64,000 nucleotides of DNA, taken from positions 6,105 to 70,104 of the forward strand of contig JAHJQX010000024.1 of assembly GCA_018818965.1 (NCBI GenBank), in the 5' to 3' direction. Below are positions 17,849-27,778 of the stretch, piece by piece (position 1 is the first letter of the stretch; each line of letters begins with the position of its first letter). This DNA is from Patescibacteria group bacterium (GTDB lineage Bacteria > Patescibacteriota > JABMPQ01). Both the position numbers and the translations under genes were made by a program. The notes below the pieces were generated by a model. It saw only the letters and a list, made by a program, of their open reading frames with translations. It was not told the DNA's origin and searched no databases.

Positions 17849-18786
17849 AATATCTCCTAAAGAAGAGTGATAACTTTTTTATTATCGGTCACGTCAAGCC
17901 GGACGGTGATTCGATTGGCAGCACGCTGGCACTCACTATTGCTCTAACTAGGCTAGGGAAAAATGTTACTCCCGCCTGTGCTGATAAACTGCCTAACCGT
18001 TATGACTTCTTACCTCAATCCCAAATCATAAAAAAACCAAGCGACGTTACCGCAGCTTTAACCAGCGCCAACATTTTGATTGTCGTTGACTGCGGGAGCT
18101 TCCACCTGGCGGGAATCGAAAATTTACAAAGCAACCGGCCATTACCTCTACTTATCAACATTGACCACCACCACGATAACCCCCGCTACGGTACAATTAA
18201 TTTAGTGGAAGATAAACGTTCCTCAACAGCTGAGATAGTCTATGACATTATTAAGATGCTCGAAGTGGAAATTGACGAGCAGATTGCCACTTGTATCCTC
18301 AATGGCATTTTCGTTGATACCGATAGTTTCAAAAACCCTAATACTTCGATCAAAACCCTGCGCATTACTTCCGATCTTCTATCACGGGGAGCCGATTTGG
18401 CTCAAATTACCAGCAGTAATCTCAAGGATAAATCACTCTCCACTCTTAAACTGTGGGGAATTACCCTGGCTCGCATCAAGAAAAATAAACGCCTTGGTAT
18501 TATTTCTACCGCTGTTACCAACAAGGATTTAAAAAGATGTAACGCTACTTATGACGACCTGGAAGGCATTTCTAATTTCCTAAACAGCGTCCCCGACGCC
18601 AAAACATCACTCGTATTATCCGAAAGAAGCGATAATGAGATCAAAGGTAGTCTGCGCACTCTCCACGATAATATTGATGTATCTAAGTTAGCTGCTACAC
18701 TAGGAGGGGGAGGACATAAAAAAGCAGCTGGATTCTCTATCTCCGGCCGGATCGCCAATGAAGGAGGAAAATGGCGGATAGTTTAG
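17812..18786 (+). CDS. nrnA: DHH/DHHA1 phosphoesterase (NrnA-like oligoribonuclease/pAp phosphatase)
   Basis: Motifs GHVKPDGDSIGS, DCGS, NIDHHHDN, and C-terminal DHHA1 GGGGHKKAAG. Confidence 0.75.
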   Translation: MFSKVEIQRNRLKYLLKKSDNFFIIGHVKPDGDSIGSTLALTIALTRLGKNVTPACADKLPNRYDFLPQSQIIKKPSDVTAALTSANILIVVDCGSFHLAGIENLQSNRPLPLLINIDHHHDNPRYGTINLVEDKRSSTAEIVYDIIKMLEVEIDEQIATCILNGIFVDTDSFKNPNTSIKTLRITSDLLSRGADLAQITSSNLKDKSLSTLKLWGITLARIKKNKRLGIISTAVTNKDLKRCNATYDDLEGISNFLNSVPDAKTSLVLSERSDNEIKGSLRTLHDNIDVSKLAATLGGGGHKKAAGFSISGRIANEGGKWRIV

Positions 18787-18813
18787 CTATTAAATTATTT
18801 AATAAAAAAACAA

Positions 18814-19791
18814 ATGCCAGCAAAGCCTTATGAAGAACTCGGTCTCGTCAACACCCGCGAGCTGTTCAAAAACGCGGTTGATGGTGGCTACGCTATCCCC
18901 GCTTACAATTTTAACAATATGGAACAGTTGCAGGCTATTATCACCGCCTGTGCCGAGACTAATTCACCCGTGATTATCCAAGTATCTAAAGGAGCTCGAG
19001 AATATGCCAACGAGACCATGTTACGCTATATGGCTCTGGGGGCAGTTAAAATGGCGCGGAAGATGGGCGCGTCTATCCCCATTTGTCTGCATTTAGATCA
19101 TGGTGATTCTTTTGAAACTTGCCGGTCGTGTGTTGATTCCGGTTTTTCGTCGGTGATGATTGATGGCTCGGCTCATTCCTACGATGAAAACGTGGCTGTT
19201 ACTAAAAAGGTAGTTGAGTATGCCCACAAATATGACGTGACAGTTGAAGGCGAACTTGGCGTGCTCGCCGGCGTAGAAGATGAGGTCTCCAGTGAAGAAT
19301 CTCACTATACCAAACCAGAAGAGGTGGAAGATTTTGTGGGTAAAACAGGTGTCGACAGTCTAGCCATCTCCATCGGCACTTCGCACGGTGCTTTTAAATT
19401 CAAATGTAAGCCCGGCGAGACCCCGCCTCCACTCCGTTTTGACATCTTGGAGGAAATTGAAAAGAAAATTCCTGGTTTTCCGATCGTTTTGCACGGTGCT
19501 TCCTCGGTTCCACCAAAATATATTGAGATTATTAACAAATACGGCGGCAAAATGGAAAACGCCGTCGGGGTGCCAGAAGAGCAACTACGTAAAGCTGCTA
19601 AGTCAGCTGTTTGCAAGATAAATATCGACTCCGATGGTCGTTTAGTAGTCACCGCCATAATCCGCCAGGTGATGGCTGAGCAGCCAGCAGAATTTGACCC
19701 GCGGAAATATCTCGGCCCAGCTCGTGAGGAACTTATTAAGCTGCTTAAGCATAAAAATAAAAATGTCTTAGGATCAGCTGATAAAGCCTAG
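18814..19791 (+). CDS. fba: Fructose-bisphosphate aldolase, class II
   Basis: Motifs HLDHGDSFE, MIDGS and the LHGASSVP zinc-site pattern. Confidence 0.85.
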   Translation: MPAKPYEELGLVNTRELFKNAVDGGYAIPAYNFNNMEQLQAIITACAETNSPVIIQVSKGAREYANETMLRYMALGAVKMARKMGASIPICLHLDHGDSFETCRSCVDSGFSSVMIDGSAHSYDENVAVTKKVVEYAHKYDVTVEGELGVLAGVEDEVSSEESHYTKPEEVEDFVGKTGVDSLAISIGTSHGAFKFKCKPGETPPPLRFDILEEIEKKIPGFPIVLHGASSVPPKYIEIINKYGGKMENAVGVPEEQLRKAAKSAVCKINIDSDGRLVVTAIIRQVMAEQPAEFDPRKYLGPAREELIKLLKHKNKNVLGSADKA

Positions 19792-19900
19792 ACTGTCAAT
19801 CCCATAGACAAACCGCTTCCAAACAATATAATAAACAGTGAAGAGTTTTTTATCCCCCCGCTCAACGTGATAAACTCCGGGTTTGCCTTAATGTAAAACA

Positions 19901-20704
19901 GTGATCAATCTGACCGGTTCAATTATTAGCGGCCTCAAAGCCTACTTTAGTAATCTATCTTGGATAGATTACTTCCTGACCTTCTTGGATATTGTCTTGG
20001 TGGCAGCTATTGTTTATCTGGTTCTTGTTTTTATTAAAGGTACCCGCGCTAGCCGCATTATTTACGGAATTGTGTTGTTAGCCTTAATCTTTGTTCTTGG
20101 CCGTGTTTTAGATCTTAAAACGCTTAATTGGTCACTCAAACACATCGCCACCCTGATCATTGTAGCCATCCCAGTAGTATTCCAGCCCGAACTGCGTCGT
20201 GCTTTGGAAAAATTGGGTCGTAGTCGCTTCTTTAAAGAAGTGCTGACCCGAAAACAAGTAGGGAAAATAATTAACGAGATCATTAAAACCGCCCGTATTC
20301 TACAGAAAAACAAGGTTGGCGCTCTTATCGTGATCAAAAGACAAACCGGGCTAGATGATTTTATCGAAAGTGGAACTACCATTGACGCTGAGCTTTCCAA
20401 CGAATTATTACTAAATTTGTTTTTCCCCAACTCTCCTCTCCATGACGGAGCGGTGATTATTAAAGAGGGACGCGTGGCTGCCGCTGGTTGTATGCTACCT
20501 CTCTCTCAGGGGGAATATTCTTACACACACGGTACGCGTCACCGCGCTGCCTTAGGTATTACCGAAGAAACAGATGCGATCGCTATCGTGATTTCCGAAG
20601 AAAGAGGAGCTATCTCTCTTAGTCATAACGGTAAACTACTTGAAAACATAAACGAAGAAGATTTAGAGAAAAAACTACTTGAACTATTAAAGGAAACGCC
20701 ATAA
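19901..20704 (+). CDS. cdaA: Diadenylate cyclase CdaA (DisA_N / DAC domain), 3 TM N-terminus, GTG start
   Basis: Motifs DGA (HDGAVII) and RHRAALGITEETDAIAIVISEERG. Confidence 0.85.
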   Translation: MINLTGSIISGLKAYFSNLSWIDYFLTFLDIVLVAAIVYLVLVFIKGTRASRIIYGIVLLALIFVLGRVLDLKTLNWSLKHIATLIIVAIPVVFQPELRRALEKLGRSRFFKEVLTRKQVGKIINEIIKTARILQKNKVGALIVIKRQTGLDDFIESGTTIDAELSNELLLNLFFPNSPLHDGAVIIKEGRVAAAGCMLPLSQGEYSYTHGTRHRAALGITEETDAIAIVISEERGAISLSHNGKLLENINEEDLEKKLLELLKETP

Positions 20705-20706
20705 GA

Positions 20707-21912
20707 ATGCCCAATATTCTTTCCAAAAACCTACCCCTTAAATTACTGGCTATTGTTGCGGCTGTTTTTCTGTGGTTTTACGTGATCAATGAAGGTTACG
20801 AAGTTGGTTTTGTTGATGCCGAGATACCAATTGAAACTTACAATTTAGCTGAAGATCTAGCGGTAGCTAGTGAACTGGGCACTGCTAAAATTAAAGTACG
20901 AGCGCCCGCTCAAAGCTGGTCAAAAATATCCTCCGAGAACATTACTGCTTTTGTTGACTTAAAAGGCATCCGCAAAGGGATTTTCTCCAAAGAAGTAAAG
21001 GTATCAGTTGATGATCCTTCTATCACCATTCTCGACGTCGATCCCGAAAAAATCGGTGTCACTCTCGAAGAGCTACAAACCCTGAGCAAAGAAATAGAAG
21101 TTGAGACAACCGGTAACGTAAATGAAGCTTATGAAACTCAAGATCCTACTGTCAGCCCCAATAAAGTAGAGATCAAAGGATCCCAAACCAGCATCGAGAA
21201 AGTTAACAAGATAGTGGCACCCGTCACTCTCAACGGCGAAATGACAGAAATTAAAACTCAAGTGGAATTAGAAGCTCGCGACAGTAATAACCAAAAAATT
21301 ACCAATTTAGTCATCATTCCTAAAATTGCTGAGATCACTATCCCAATTAGAAAGCAAAACGAAATAAAAACGGTTGGTATTAAAGCAAATATTATCGGCA
21401 ACCCGGCTAGTGGTTACTGGGTCAAGGAAACAACCATTACTCCCAATTCGGTGGCGGTGCAGGGGAATGCTGATACTATTAGCGATTTATCATATTTGAA
21501 CACCCAAAAAATAGATATATCCAATATTACTACTACGACCGAAAAAAGTATTGCCCTCGATTTGCCAAATGAGGTAACAACAATAGACACCAACCAAGTT
21601 ACAGTCAAAATCGAGGTAGAAGCACAAACTATCAGTAAGACAGCAACCGCTACCCCCCGCTATACTGGTCTAGCAGCTGATTTGCGAGTGGCTTTAGCTT
21701 CACCGAGTACAGTTTCGGTACAAGTCACAGGACCGGCTCCTAAGCTCAATGCCCTCAAAGAAGGAGAGATTGCTGCTACTATTAATCTGAGTGGTAAAAG
21801 TTCGGGCAGCTACACCATGCCTATCTCAAATAATATGATTTCTCTACCAACTGACATTTCTTTGAAGAGTCTTGACACTAAGGAAATTCAGATTATTATA
21901 CAGGGAAAATAA
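20707..21912 (+). CDS. cdaR: YbbR-domain protein CdaR (CdaA regulator)
   Basis: N-terminal TM followed by repeated YbbR-like beta modules. The cdaA-cdaR gene order is conserved. Confidence 0.65.
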   Translation: MPNILSKNLPLKLLAIVAAVFLWFYVINEGYEVGFVDAEIPIETYNLAEDLAVASELGTAKIKVRAPAQSWSKISSENITAFVDLKGIRKGIFSKEVKVSVDDPSITILDVDPEKIGVTLEELQTLSKEIEVETTGNVNEAYETQDPTVSPNKVEIKGSQTSIEKVNKIVAPVTLNGEMTEIKTQVELEARDSNNQKITNLVIIPKIAEITIPIRKQNEIKTVGIKANIIGNPASGYWVKETTITPNSVAVQGNADTISDLSYLNTQKIDISNITTTTEKSIALDLPNEVTTIDTNQVTVKIEVEAQTISKTATATPRYTGLAADLRVALASPSTVSVQVTGPAPKLNALKEGEIAATINLSGKSSGSYTMPISNNMISLPTDISLKSLDTKEIQIIIQGK

Positions 21913-21945
21913 TCAACAGAGCAATCAATCAGATAATTGAATAGA

Positions 21946-22077
21946 ATGAAGGGAATCAAGGCTAAGATAAAACGTTATTCCAAAATGTCGCTTACAGCAG
22001 TGGTAGCTGGTTTTTTTGGCGCCATTTTGATTACTGTGTTGGCCTTATTTGTCCGACGACGGAAAAAGAAAAAATAA
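21946..22077 (+). CDS. Small membrane protein (43 aa) with poly-basic tail
   Basis: MKGIKAKIKRYSKMSLTAVVAGFFGAILITVLALFVRRRKKKK. Below the ORF-track cut-off. Followed by a terminator. Confidence 0.25.
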   Translation: MKGIKAKIKRYSKMSLTAVVAGFFGAILITVLALFVRRRKKKK

Positions 22078-22098
22078 TTTTAGATTGCCGAATATATC

Positions 22099-22122
22099 GC
22101 CCCTGCTAGTCAGGGGCTTTTT
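22099..22122 (+). terminator. Rho-independent terminator
   Basis: GCCCCTG-ctagt-CAGGGGC followed by ttttt. Confidence 0.5.
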
Positions 22123-22150
22123 GGATAAAAAAATCTTCTTCTTATATATC

Positions 22151-25100
22151 TTAATTTTCTTTCCCCTCTCGAATCCAGGTGACTGCTACTACCGTTGTTG
22201 CTACCACTAGCAACGCCAGTAAAGCTATCCAATAAAGAGTAGTACTGTCCGTTTTTGTCGTTCCACTTTGTTTCTCGGCACTATTAACTACAAAGCGAGC
22301 AATCTCTACTTTCTCGCTCAAATCACCCTCCAAATCCTGTGACTGCGCCAACACTTTGTGCTCGCCTGGCTCAAACGTCTGCGGATTGACAGCTACTTCC
22401 CAAATACCGTCTTTGTCAGCGGTAGTAGTTGTCTTCAAATTTATTTCACTGTGGATGAAAATTGTGACTTTGTGGCCAGCACCTGTCTTGCCCCGCAAAG
22501 CTAGATCCTCGCCCAGATCTACCGAATATTTTTTGCTAAAATCATCCACTCGGGCTGAACCAATATGAGTGATAGTAGGTGGTGATACCTGATCTTCCTC
22601 GGTTTCGCTGAGAACTTCCAGCGGAGTAACCGCCACTGTGTCTGGCTTGCTTTCTTCTTGCGAGGAAGTGATGACAGTGGGGGTACCGCCATAATAATCT
22701 GAGGTTGTAGTTGTAGTCACCGTTTTCACACCCTCTTCTTCCGTTTCGGTTATTTCCGGGCTAGCAGCAAAGTAGCCAAAATTCACCCCATCTTTTGCTT
22801 GGTCATCACTTGCTAGCTCAACTACCTTGGCGCTGGCACTAGTGGTTAATTGATATCCCGCTGGAACACTACTCACCACCAAATAACGCTTGGCTGATAA
22901 ACCACCAAAGCTATAATCGCCGTTGGCGTCGGTAGTGCTAGTGGTGACATAAAAGTCAGAATCTTCATCTAAAGCTTCATTATCATTAGAATCTTCATAA
23001 AGTTTTACCTTAACGCCAACCAATCCACTTTCGTCAGCATCACGGCTGCCATTTTGGCTACCATCCTCCCAAACTAAGCCTCTGATCTTACCAGTCGGCT
23101 CGCTTTCTATTAAAGCATCCTCAGCTAAGCTCACCCCAAAGTCAATATTAGAATACTCTTGTCCCTCTTCTATCTTTATTATTTGTGGATTATTGTCAGT
23201 GGTTACCGTCGAATCCGTAGCCGGCAAAGTAGATTTCTCTAATTGAACAATGTAGGTATCGGCCGATAGGTTGTTATAAACATAGCGGCCAGATGAGTCG
23301 GTCTCAACTTCCTTGGTTAAAGTATCGCTACTTGTTTCTAATGATCCGCTATCATCAGTATCCTGATAAAGTTTTATCTTGACTTGCTCAACACCTTTTT
23401 CATCTTGATCCTTATTTTTGTCACCATTATTATCATACCAAACTATACCCTTTATAGTGCTAGTAGCGAGAGAGGTTGTTTCCTCCTGTACTGGATTAGT
23501 TACTTGGTTACTAGCTTGTACCCCAGCACTTTCGCTAAAAACTACATCAGCAACATTAATCACTTTACTGCCTTCTGGGATATTAACTACTTTAACCCGG
23601 AAAACTACATAACCACTACTGCCGGGTAAAATATCGCCTAATTTAAACTTTATTTTATTATTGCTATAGTTGACTGCGTCAGAATCATTGGCGTCAGTTT
23701 GAGAATTACCATTAAACCCGGCTGAACCTTCAATGTAAGTAGCGCCTGCCGGGATACTGTCGGCAATGTTAAAATTGGTAGCCTTGGCTTTGCCTTTATT
23801 GCTGTAGTCAACACGGTAGGTCAGCTCGTCCCCTACTCTCACCTCTTGGCCATCGTCCTTGTAGGGCGAGGGATTTTCCTGGTAGTAGCGAACCACTCCC
23901 GCTGCCGCGGCTGCCAAACCACCAATCAGTAAAACGGCGACTAAAGTCTTAGTACGGCCACCTTTCACTTTGGTGGCTACCCCCACACCCCGATCACCGG
24001 CTGGCAAATTAGAATCTAAATCATATAAGATAAGCTGGGAGATTGAATTTTTTCTTGGCGCTAGCTGTCGATTGTTGCGACTCATCACTGCACTCAAACG
24101 CCGTGGCTCCTTTAACAGTAAAATGAGAATTATTAGCGTTGCCAGGGCTGCCAGTGAATATAAGTACTGGGTAAAATTTCCAGAACTGCTTCCCAAGCCC
24201 CCCAAAAGATAAGGCAAGCCGGAACTACTACCTGCATTTTCATTGATCTCAACCGTCTTGGCTACTCCGATGTCCGGATTTTTACCTGTGACGACGACAA
24301 AAGTTTGGGTAGCAGACCAACCGCTCTCAGCTCCTTCATCATCCTTAGTCTTTACCCGATAGTAATATTGAAAATTGTCATCCAAGTCTTGCGGAACAGT
24401 CAGGCGAGTAACACTTGGCTGGGTAGAAAATATGGTGGCGCTATCGAATTTACTATTATCATCGAGTTGCACCAGATAGCTTAATTTATCAGTCGAGTCG
24501 GCTTTATCCGGATCGGAAGCCGCACCCCAATAGATAGTTGGCTTAAGAACTTTAACTTCTCCCCCCTGATGAGGGTTGAACCCGGACTGTGGTGCCTGGG
24601 GAGCAATATTATTTTTATCTAAAACAATGCGTTGCACTGATGAATAGCCAGATTGGGCGTTATGATTATCTACTGTCCTTACTCGCCAGTGATATTTAAT
24701 GCCATCTGATAAATTTTGGAAATTGTCCAACTGACTAATTTGGATCTCAGTTGCTTTGACCCCTGTGGTAGTTGAATCTATTGATTGAAACCCAGCGTTG
24801 TCATCTAATTCTACTACATAAGTAAGGCTGTCCTCAGTATCAACATCAGTCGCCTGGCTCCATTTTAGTTTATCTTGATCAGTTAATTTTTTATCGTTCT
24901 CCGGCGACAAAGTGGCCGGAGGATTAGGGTAACGGTTATATTCAACCGTCACCTTATCCAGAACTGGCACAGATGCTACTGTTTCAGTACTAAAACTAGC
25001 TTTGTATTGCAGATAACGATCAGGGGGAGACTGCACTTTTTCCCCGGCCTTCCCATATTTTTTACTCCAAGCCGACCAATTAGTGCCGTCAGTGGAAGTC

Positions 25101-25909
25101 CTGGTCTGTAAATTCAATTCTGTACCCGTGGGATTACTACCTGACCAGTTAATTTTTTCAAAACTAGCTACCGGATGTGTACCTAGATCTAAAACTGGCG
25201 AGGTATAATTCGACTGGTCGGATAAAAAGGCGATATAATCAATTTGGGTTTTGCCTCTGACTAGAAAGCCATACACTCGATTAATCTTGTTACCTGGTTG
25301 CAACTTATCTAAGTCTTTCTCTAAATCTCTGGTTATGGTATACCACTGGCCGTCATTTACGCCCTCAATCTCGTAAGTAAGATAACCCTTATTATTATTG
25401 TTGGATACTCCCTCTTTCCCCGGCTTGTATTGAAGATAACGGTGCCCATCAGTGGTAAAAACAGAAACATACAAGCGAAAATCTTTACTAAGATGACGTG
25501 CTTTCCATTGGATAGTGTACGGTCCTAAATGGTTAGCTGGATATATAAAACCAGTGCCTACCCCATCGCCCGGGTCAGTGCTAGTTAAATCAATAATGCG
25601 ACTATTCAATCCCGCATCGAGCACATTGGCTACTGCCCCCGGTGGCTGATTGTCATATACTTTCCAACCGACAGTATCTCCATCTTCAGCGTCTTCATAC
25701 GTTACTCCATCAACTAATTTCACCTGATCTTTTTTGATTTCCAAGTCAGGATTATCAGTTGAGCCTTGATTAAAATCAGCTTGAGTCGCTTGTTCCCAAG
25801 TACCAGCTTCCACTAAAAAAGGGACTAACAATAAAAGTCCCAAGGCAACAGAGATAGTAGCTAAAACCTCCCAAAGACTCCGGCTGGTAAAAATTTTTAC
25901 TTTTCCCAT
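22151..25909 (-). CDS. Giant surface/adhesin-like protein (1252 aa) with multiple TM segments, DUF11-like, SdrD-B/Cna-B-like repeats and a C-terminal membrane anchor
   Basis: N-terminal signal/TM. Two approximately 100-aa tandem repeats (…LSYLVQLDDN…YYYRVKTKDDEG…). Two internal TM helices around residues 565-590 and 650-672. A conserved-repeat (DUF11)-like segment (GDELTYRVDYSNKGKAKA). Two Asp-rich SdrD-B-like domains (DTDDSGSLE…YVYNNLSADTY; DSNDNEALD…YSFGGLSAKRY). A Thr-rich linker, then a C-terminal TM (IALLALLVVATTVVAVTWI). Confidence 0.7.
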   Translation of the reverse strand: MGKVKIFTSRSLWEVLATISVALGLLLLVPFLVEAGTWEQATQADFNQGSTDNPDLEIKKDQVKLVDGVTYEDAEDGDTVGWKVYDNQPPGAVANVLDAGLNSRIIDLTSTDPGDGVGTGFIYPANHLGPYTIQWKARHLSKDFRLYVSVFTTDGHRYLQYKPGKEGVSNNNNKGYLTYEIEGVNDGQWYTITRDLEKDLDKLQPGNKINRVYGFLVRGKTQIDYIAFLSDQSNYTSPVLDLGTHPVASFEKINWSGSNPTGTELNLQTRTSTDGTNWSAWSKKYGKAGEKVQSPPDRYLQYKASFSTETVASVPVLDKVTVEYNRYPNPPATLSPENDKKLTDQDKLKWSQATDVDTEDSLTYVVELDDNAGFQSIDSTTTGVKATEIQISQLDNFQNLSDGIKYHWRVRTVDNHNAQSGYSSVQRIVLDKNNIAPQAPQSGFNPHQGGEVKVLKPTIYWGAASDPDKADSTDKLSYLVQLDDNSKFDSATIFSTQPSVTRLTVPQDLDDNFQYYYRVKTKDDEGAESGWSATQTFVVVTGKNPDIGVAKTVEINENAGSSSGLPYLLGGLGSSSGNFTQYLYSLAALATLIILILLLKEPRRLSAVMSRNNRQLAPRKNSISQLILYDLDSNLPAGDRGVGVATKVKGGRTKTLVAVLLIGGLAAAAAGVVRYYQENPSPYKDDGQEVRVGDELTYRVDYSNKGKAKATNFNIADSIPAGATYIEGSAGFNGNSQTDANDSDAVNYSNNKIKFKLGDILPGSSGYVVFRVKVVNIPEGSKVINVADVVFSESAGVQASNQVTNPVQEETTSLATSTIKGIVWYDNNGDKNKDQDEKGVEQVKIKLYQDTDDSGSLETSSDTLTKEVETDSSGRYVYNNLSADTYIVQLEKSTLPATDSTVTTDNNPQIIKIEEGQEYSNIDFGVSLAEDALIESEPTGKIRGLVWEDGSQNGSRDADESGLVGVKVKLYEDSNDNEALDEDSDFYVTTSTTDANGDYSFGGLSAKRYLVVSSVPAGYQLTTSASAKVVELASDDQAKDGVNFGYFAASPEITETEEEGVKTVTTTTTSDYYGGTPTVITSSQEESKPDTVAVTPLEVLSETEEDQVSPPTITHIGSARVDDFSKKYSVDLGEDLALRGKTGAGHKVTIFIHSEINLKTTTTADKDGIWEVAVNPQTFEPGEHKVLAQSQDLEGDLSEKVEIARFVVNSAEKQSGTTKTDSTTLYWIALLALLVVATTVVAVTWIREGKEN

Positions 25910-26050
25910 GTGATTATCTTCGGATTATTCATTATTATATCATTTCATATTGCGAATGTCAAAGAAAGAAGTCAAGATTCTTTCTGCAGCAAAAGATGGC
26001 TCAATAAAAATATTTATGTTAAAATTCTCTTTAGTCGACTAATAATACAT

Positions 26051-27175
26051 ATGTCTACCACTGAAATAATCATAATCGCAGCTGTTGCCATAGTTGCCTA
26101 TCTTATTTGGACTAATCGTAGCCGATTGGCTCAAGTGACTAAGGGTTTCGGTTCTCGTACTAGTGTCTTAGATTCGTATTCTCGTGACCTAACCGCCCAA
26201 GCTAGAGCAGGCAAGCTCGATCCGGTGATTAACCGTAAAAAAGAAATCACCCGCGTTATCCAAATCCTTTCTCGCCGTACCAAAAACAATCCTATCCTCT
26301 TGGGAGAGGCTGGAGTGGGCAAAACCGCCATTGCCGAAGGATTAGCACAGAAGATTGCTCGCGGAGAAATACCAAGTAGTTTAAAAGACAAGCGAGTATT
26401 AGCTATTAATGTCAGCGGCATGATCGCCGGAACAAAATATCGTGGTGAATTTGAGGGCCGTCTCAAAAAAATCATGGAGGAAATCAGACAAGCCGGGCGG
26501 AAAATAATCCTCTTTATTGATGAGGTGCACGTTCTTCTAGAAGCCAAAGGAGCCGAGGGAGCTATGGATCCGTCTGATATTTTGAAGCCTCCACTCGCCC
26601 GCGGAGACTTACAAGCCATCGGCGCCACTACATACCAAGATTACGAGAAGTACATTAAACCAGACGAAAGCCTAGAAAGACGGTTTCAGCCAGTTATTGT
26701 CAACCCACCTACTATCAAAATGACAATTGAAATACTCAAAGGTATCGCCTCTGTTTACGAAAAACACCACCGAGTTAAATATATGCCGGAAGCATTAAAA
26801 GCTGCAGCTGTACTTTCAGAAAAATATATTAAAAATCGGTTTTTACCAGACAAGGCAATTGATCTAATAGACGAAGCGGCTGCTAAAGTAAGGCTAAAAG
26901 CAGTCAATCTCCCTAATCGGATTGAAAAACTAGAAGCAGAAATTATTAGACTCGACCAAATTCATCAAAACGCTACTAGCAAGAGAAAAAAATCTCTCTT
27001 AGATAAGAAAAAGGTTACCAGAATGAAAAGGGTGGCTGAACTTAATATAGCCCGTGACAAAGATCAGAATGGAACTGAACTACCACCAGTTAACGCCGAT
27101 GATATCAGAGACGTTTTGGCGGACTGGATTGGCCAGCCAAAAAACAAAATTACCAAAACTTTACAAATCAAATAA
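26051..27175 (+). CDS. Membrane-anchored AAA+ protein homologous to ClpB/ClpC D1 only (no Clp_N, no D2)
   Basis: N-terminal TM (TEIIIIAAVAIVAYLIW). Clp D1 signature LDPVINRKKEITRVIQILSRRTKNNPILLGEAGVGKTAI, Walker B ILFIDEVH, sensor-2 region. The gene ends right after the D2-preceding signature (NADDIRDVLADWIGQP). The ORF track's upstream extension to 25910 is judged spurious. Confidence 0.65.
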   Translation: MSTTEIIIIAAVAIVAYLIWTNRSRLAQVTKGFGSRTSVLDSYSRDLTAQARAGKLDPVINRKKEITRVIQILSRRTKNNPILLGEAGVGKTAIAEGLAQKIARGEIPSSLKDKRVLAINVSGMIAGTKYRGEFEGRLKKIMEEIRQAGRKIILFIDEVHVLLEAKGAEGAMDPSDILKPPLARGDLQAIGATTYQDYEKYIKPDESLERRFQPVIVNPPTIKMTIEILKGIASVYEKHHRVKYMPEALKAAAVLSEKYIKNRFLPDKAIDLIDEAAAKVRLKAVNLPNRIEKLEAEIIRLDQIHQNATSKRKKSLLDKKKVTRMKRVAELNIARDKDQNGTELPPVNADDIRDVLADWIGQPKNKITKTLQIK

Positions 27176-27187
27176 GTCTCCTAAATA

Positions 27188-27240
27188 AAAAAGCCTGGGG
27201 GGAAATATTACCTCTACCCGAGGTATTTTTCCTGTCCAGG
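27188..27240 (-). terminator. Hairpin terminator for the convergent genes; the T-run is on the minus strand
   Basis: cctggggggaaatattacctc … gaggtatttttcctgtccagg imperfect long stem. The minus strand continues with cttttttat. Confidence 0.4.
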
Positions 27241-27384
27241 CTCGTAGTACTTCCCTTCCCCGTCTTCACAAACGTACTTCTTCCACCACTGGCGACTGTA
27301 GTAGGACGCCAGACATGCCAGAAAGGCTGGCGTTGTGAAGACAAAACGCACCCATCCCCCCATCGAGGTTCTTGATAGTTCCAT
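27214..27384 (-). CDS. Small membrane protein (56 aa), manually found
   Basis: MELSRTSMGGWVRFVFTTPAFLACLASYYSRQWWKKYVCEDGEGKYYEPGQEKYLG. One hydrophobic helix. Ends inside the terminator hairpin. Below the ORF-track cut-off. Confidence 0.3.
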   Translation of the reverse strand: MELSRTSMGGWVRFVFTTPAFLACLASYYSRQWWKKYVCEDGEGKYYEPGQEKYLG

Positions 27385-27778
27385 TATTAACCCTTTTCCT
27401 CATCGTTTACAGGTGTGAATCCCCCCTCCATCGCCCCCACAAAGAACAAAAGTTCCATGGCTTTCCATCCTACTACAACCATAACACCTGTCAACAGTCT
27501 CAAATTACTGCTAACTAGCCCAAATAAACACCTTGCTTTCTTATTTTTTTCATGCTAAACTCTGGTCAGAAAAATGAAAATATTAAGTAATCATCCCTCT
27601 GAGCTGTAACTCAATCCTGTATCGAAAGTATCAAAATCTTCAGTCTATAAATTCTTCAATGAAATTACAATTCCCCCATTACTCGCCTTCAAATCTTCTT
27701 TGCGGATAATAGATCCGTTGTAATTTCGTGCCCGTTAACAAAGATCCCTCGTCAGATTCTTAGACAGGATCGACTTGT

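Noticed and set aside
23384-24212. Short plus-strand ORFs inside the giant surface-protein gene
   Set aside because: They are antisense to a confidently coding region with a repetitive Thr/Asp-rich sequence.
25910-26050. Upstream extension of the Clp-like ORF (MIIFGLFIIISFHIANV…)
   Set aside because: It is AT-rich promoter-like DNA and abuts the start of the divergent giant gene. The internal ATG at 26051 gives an N-terminal TM plus an intact D1.
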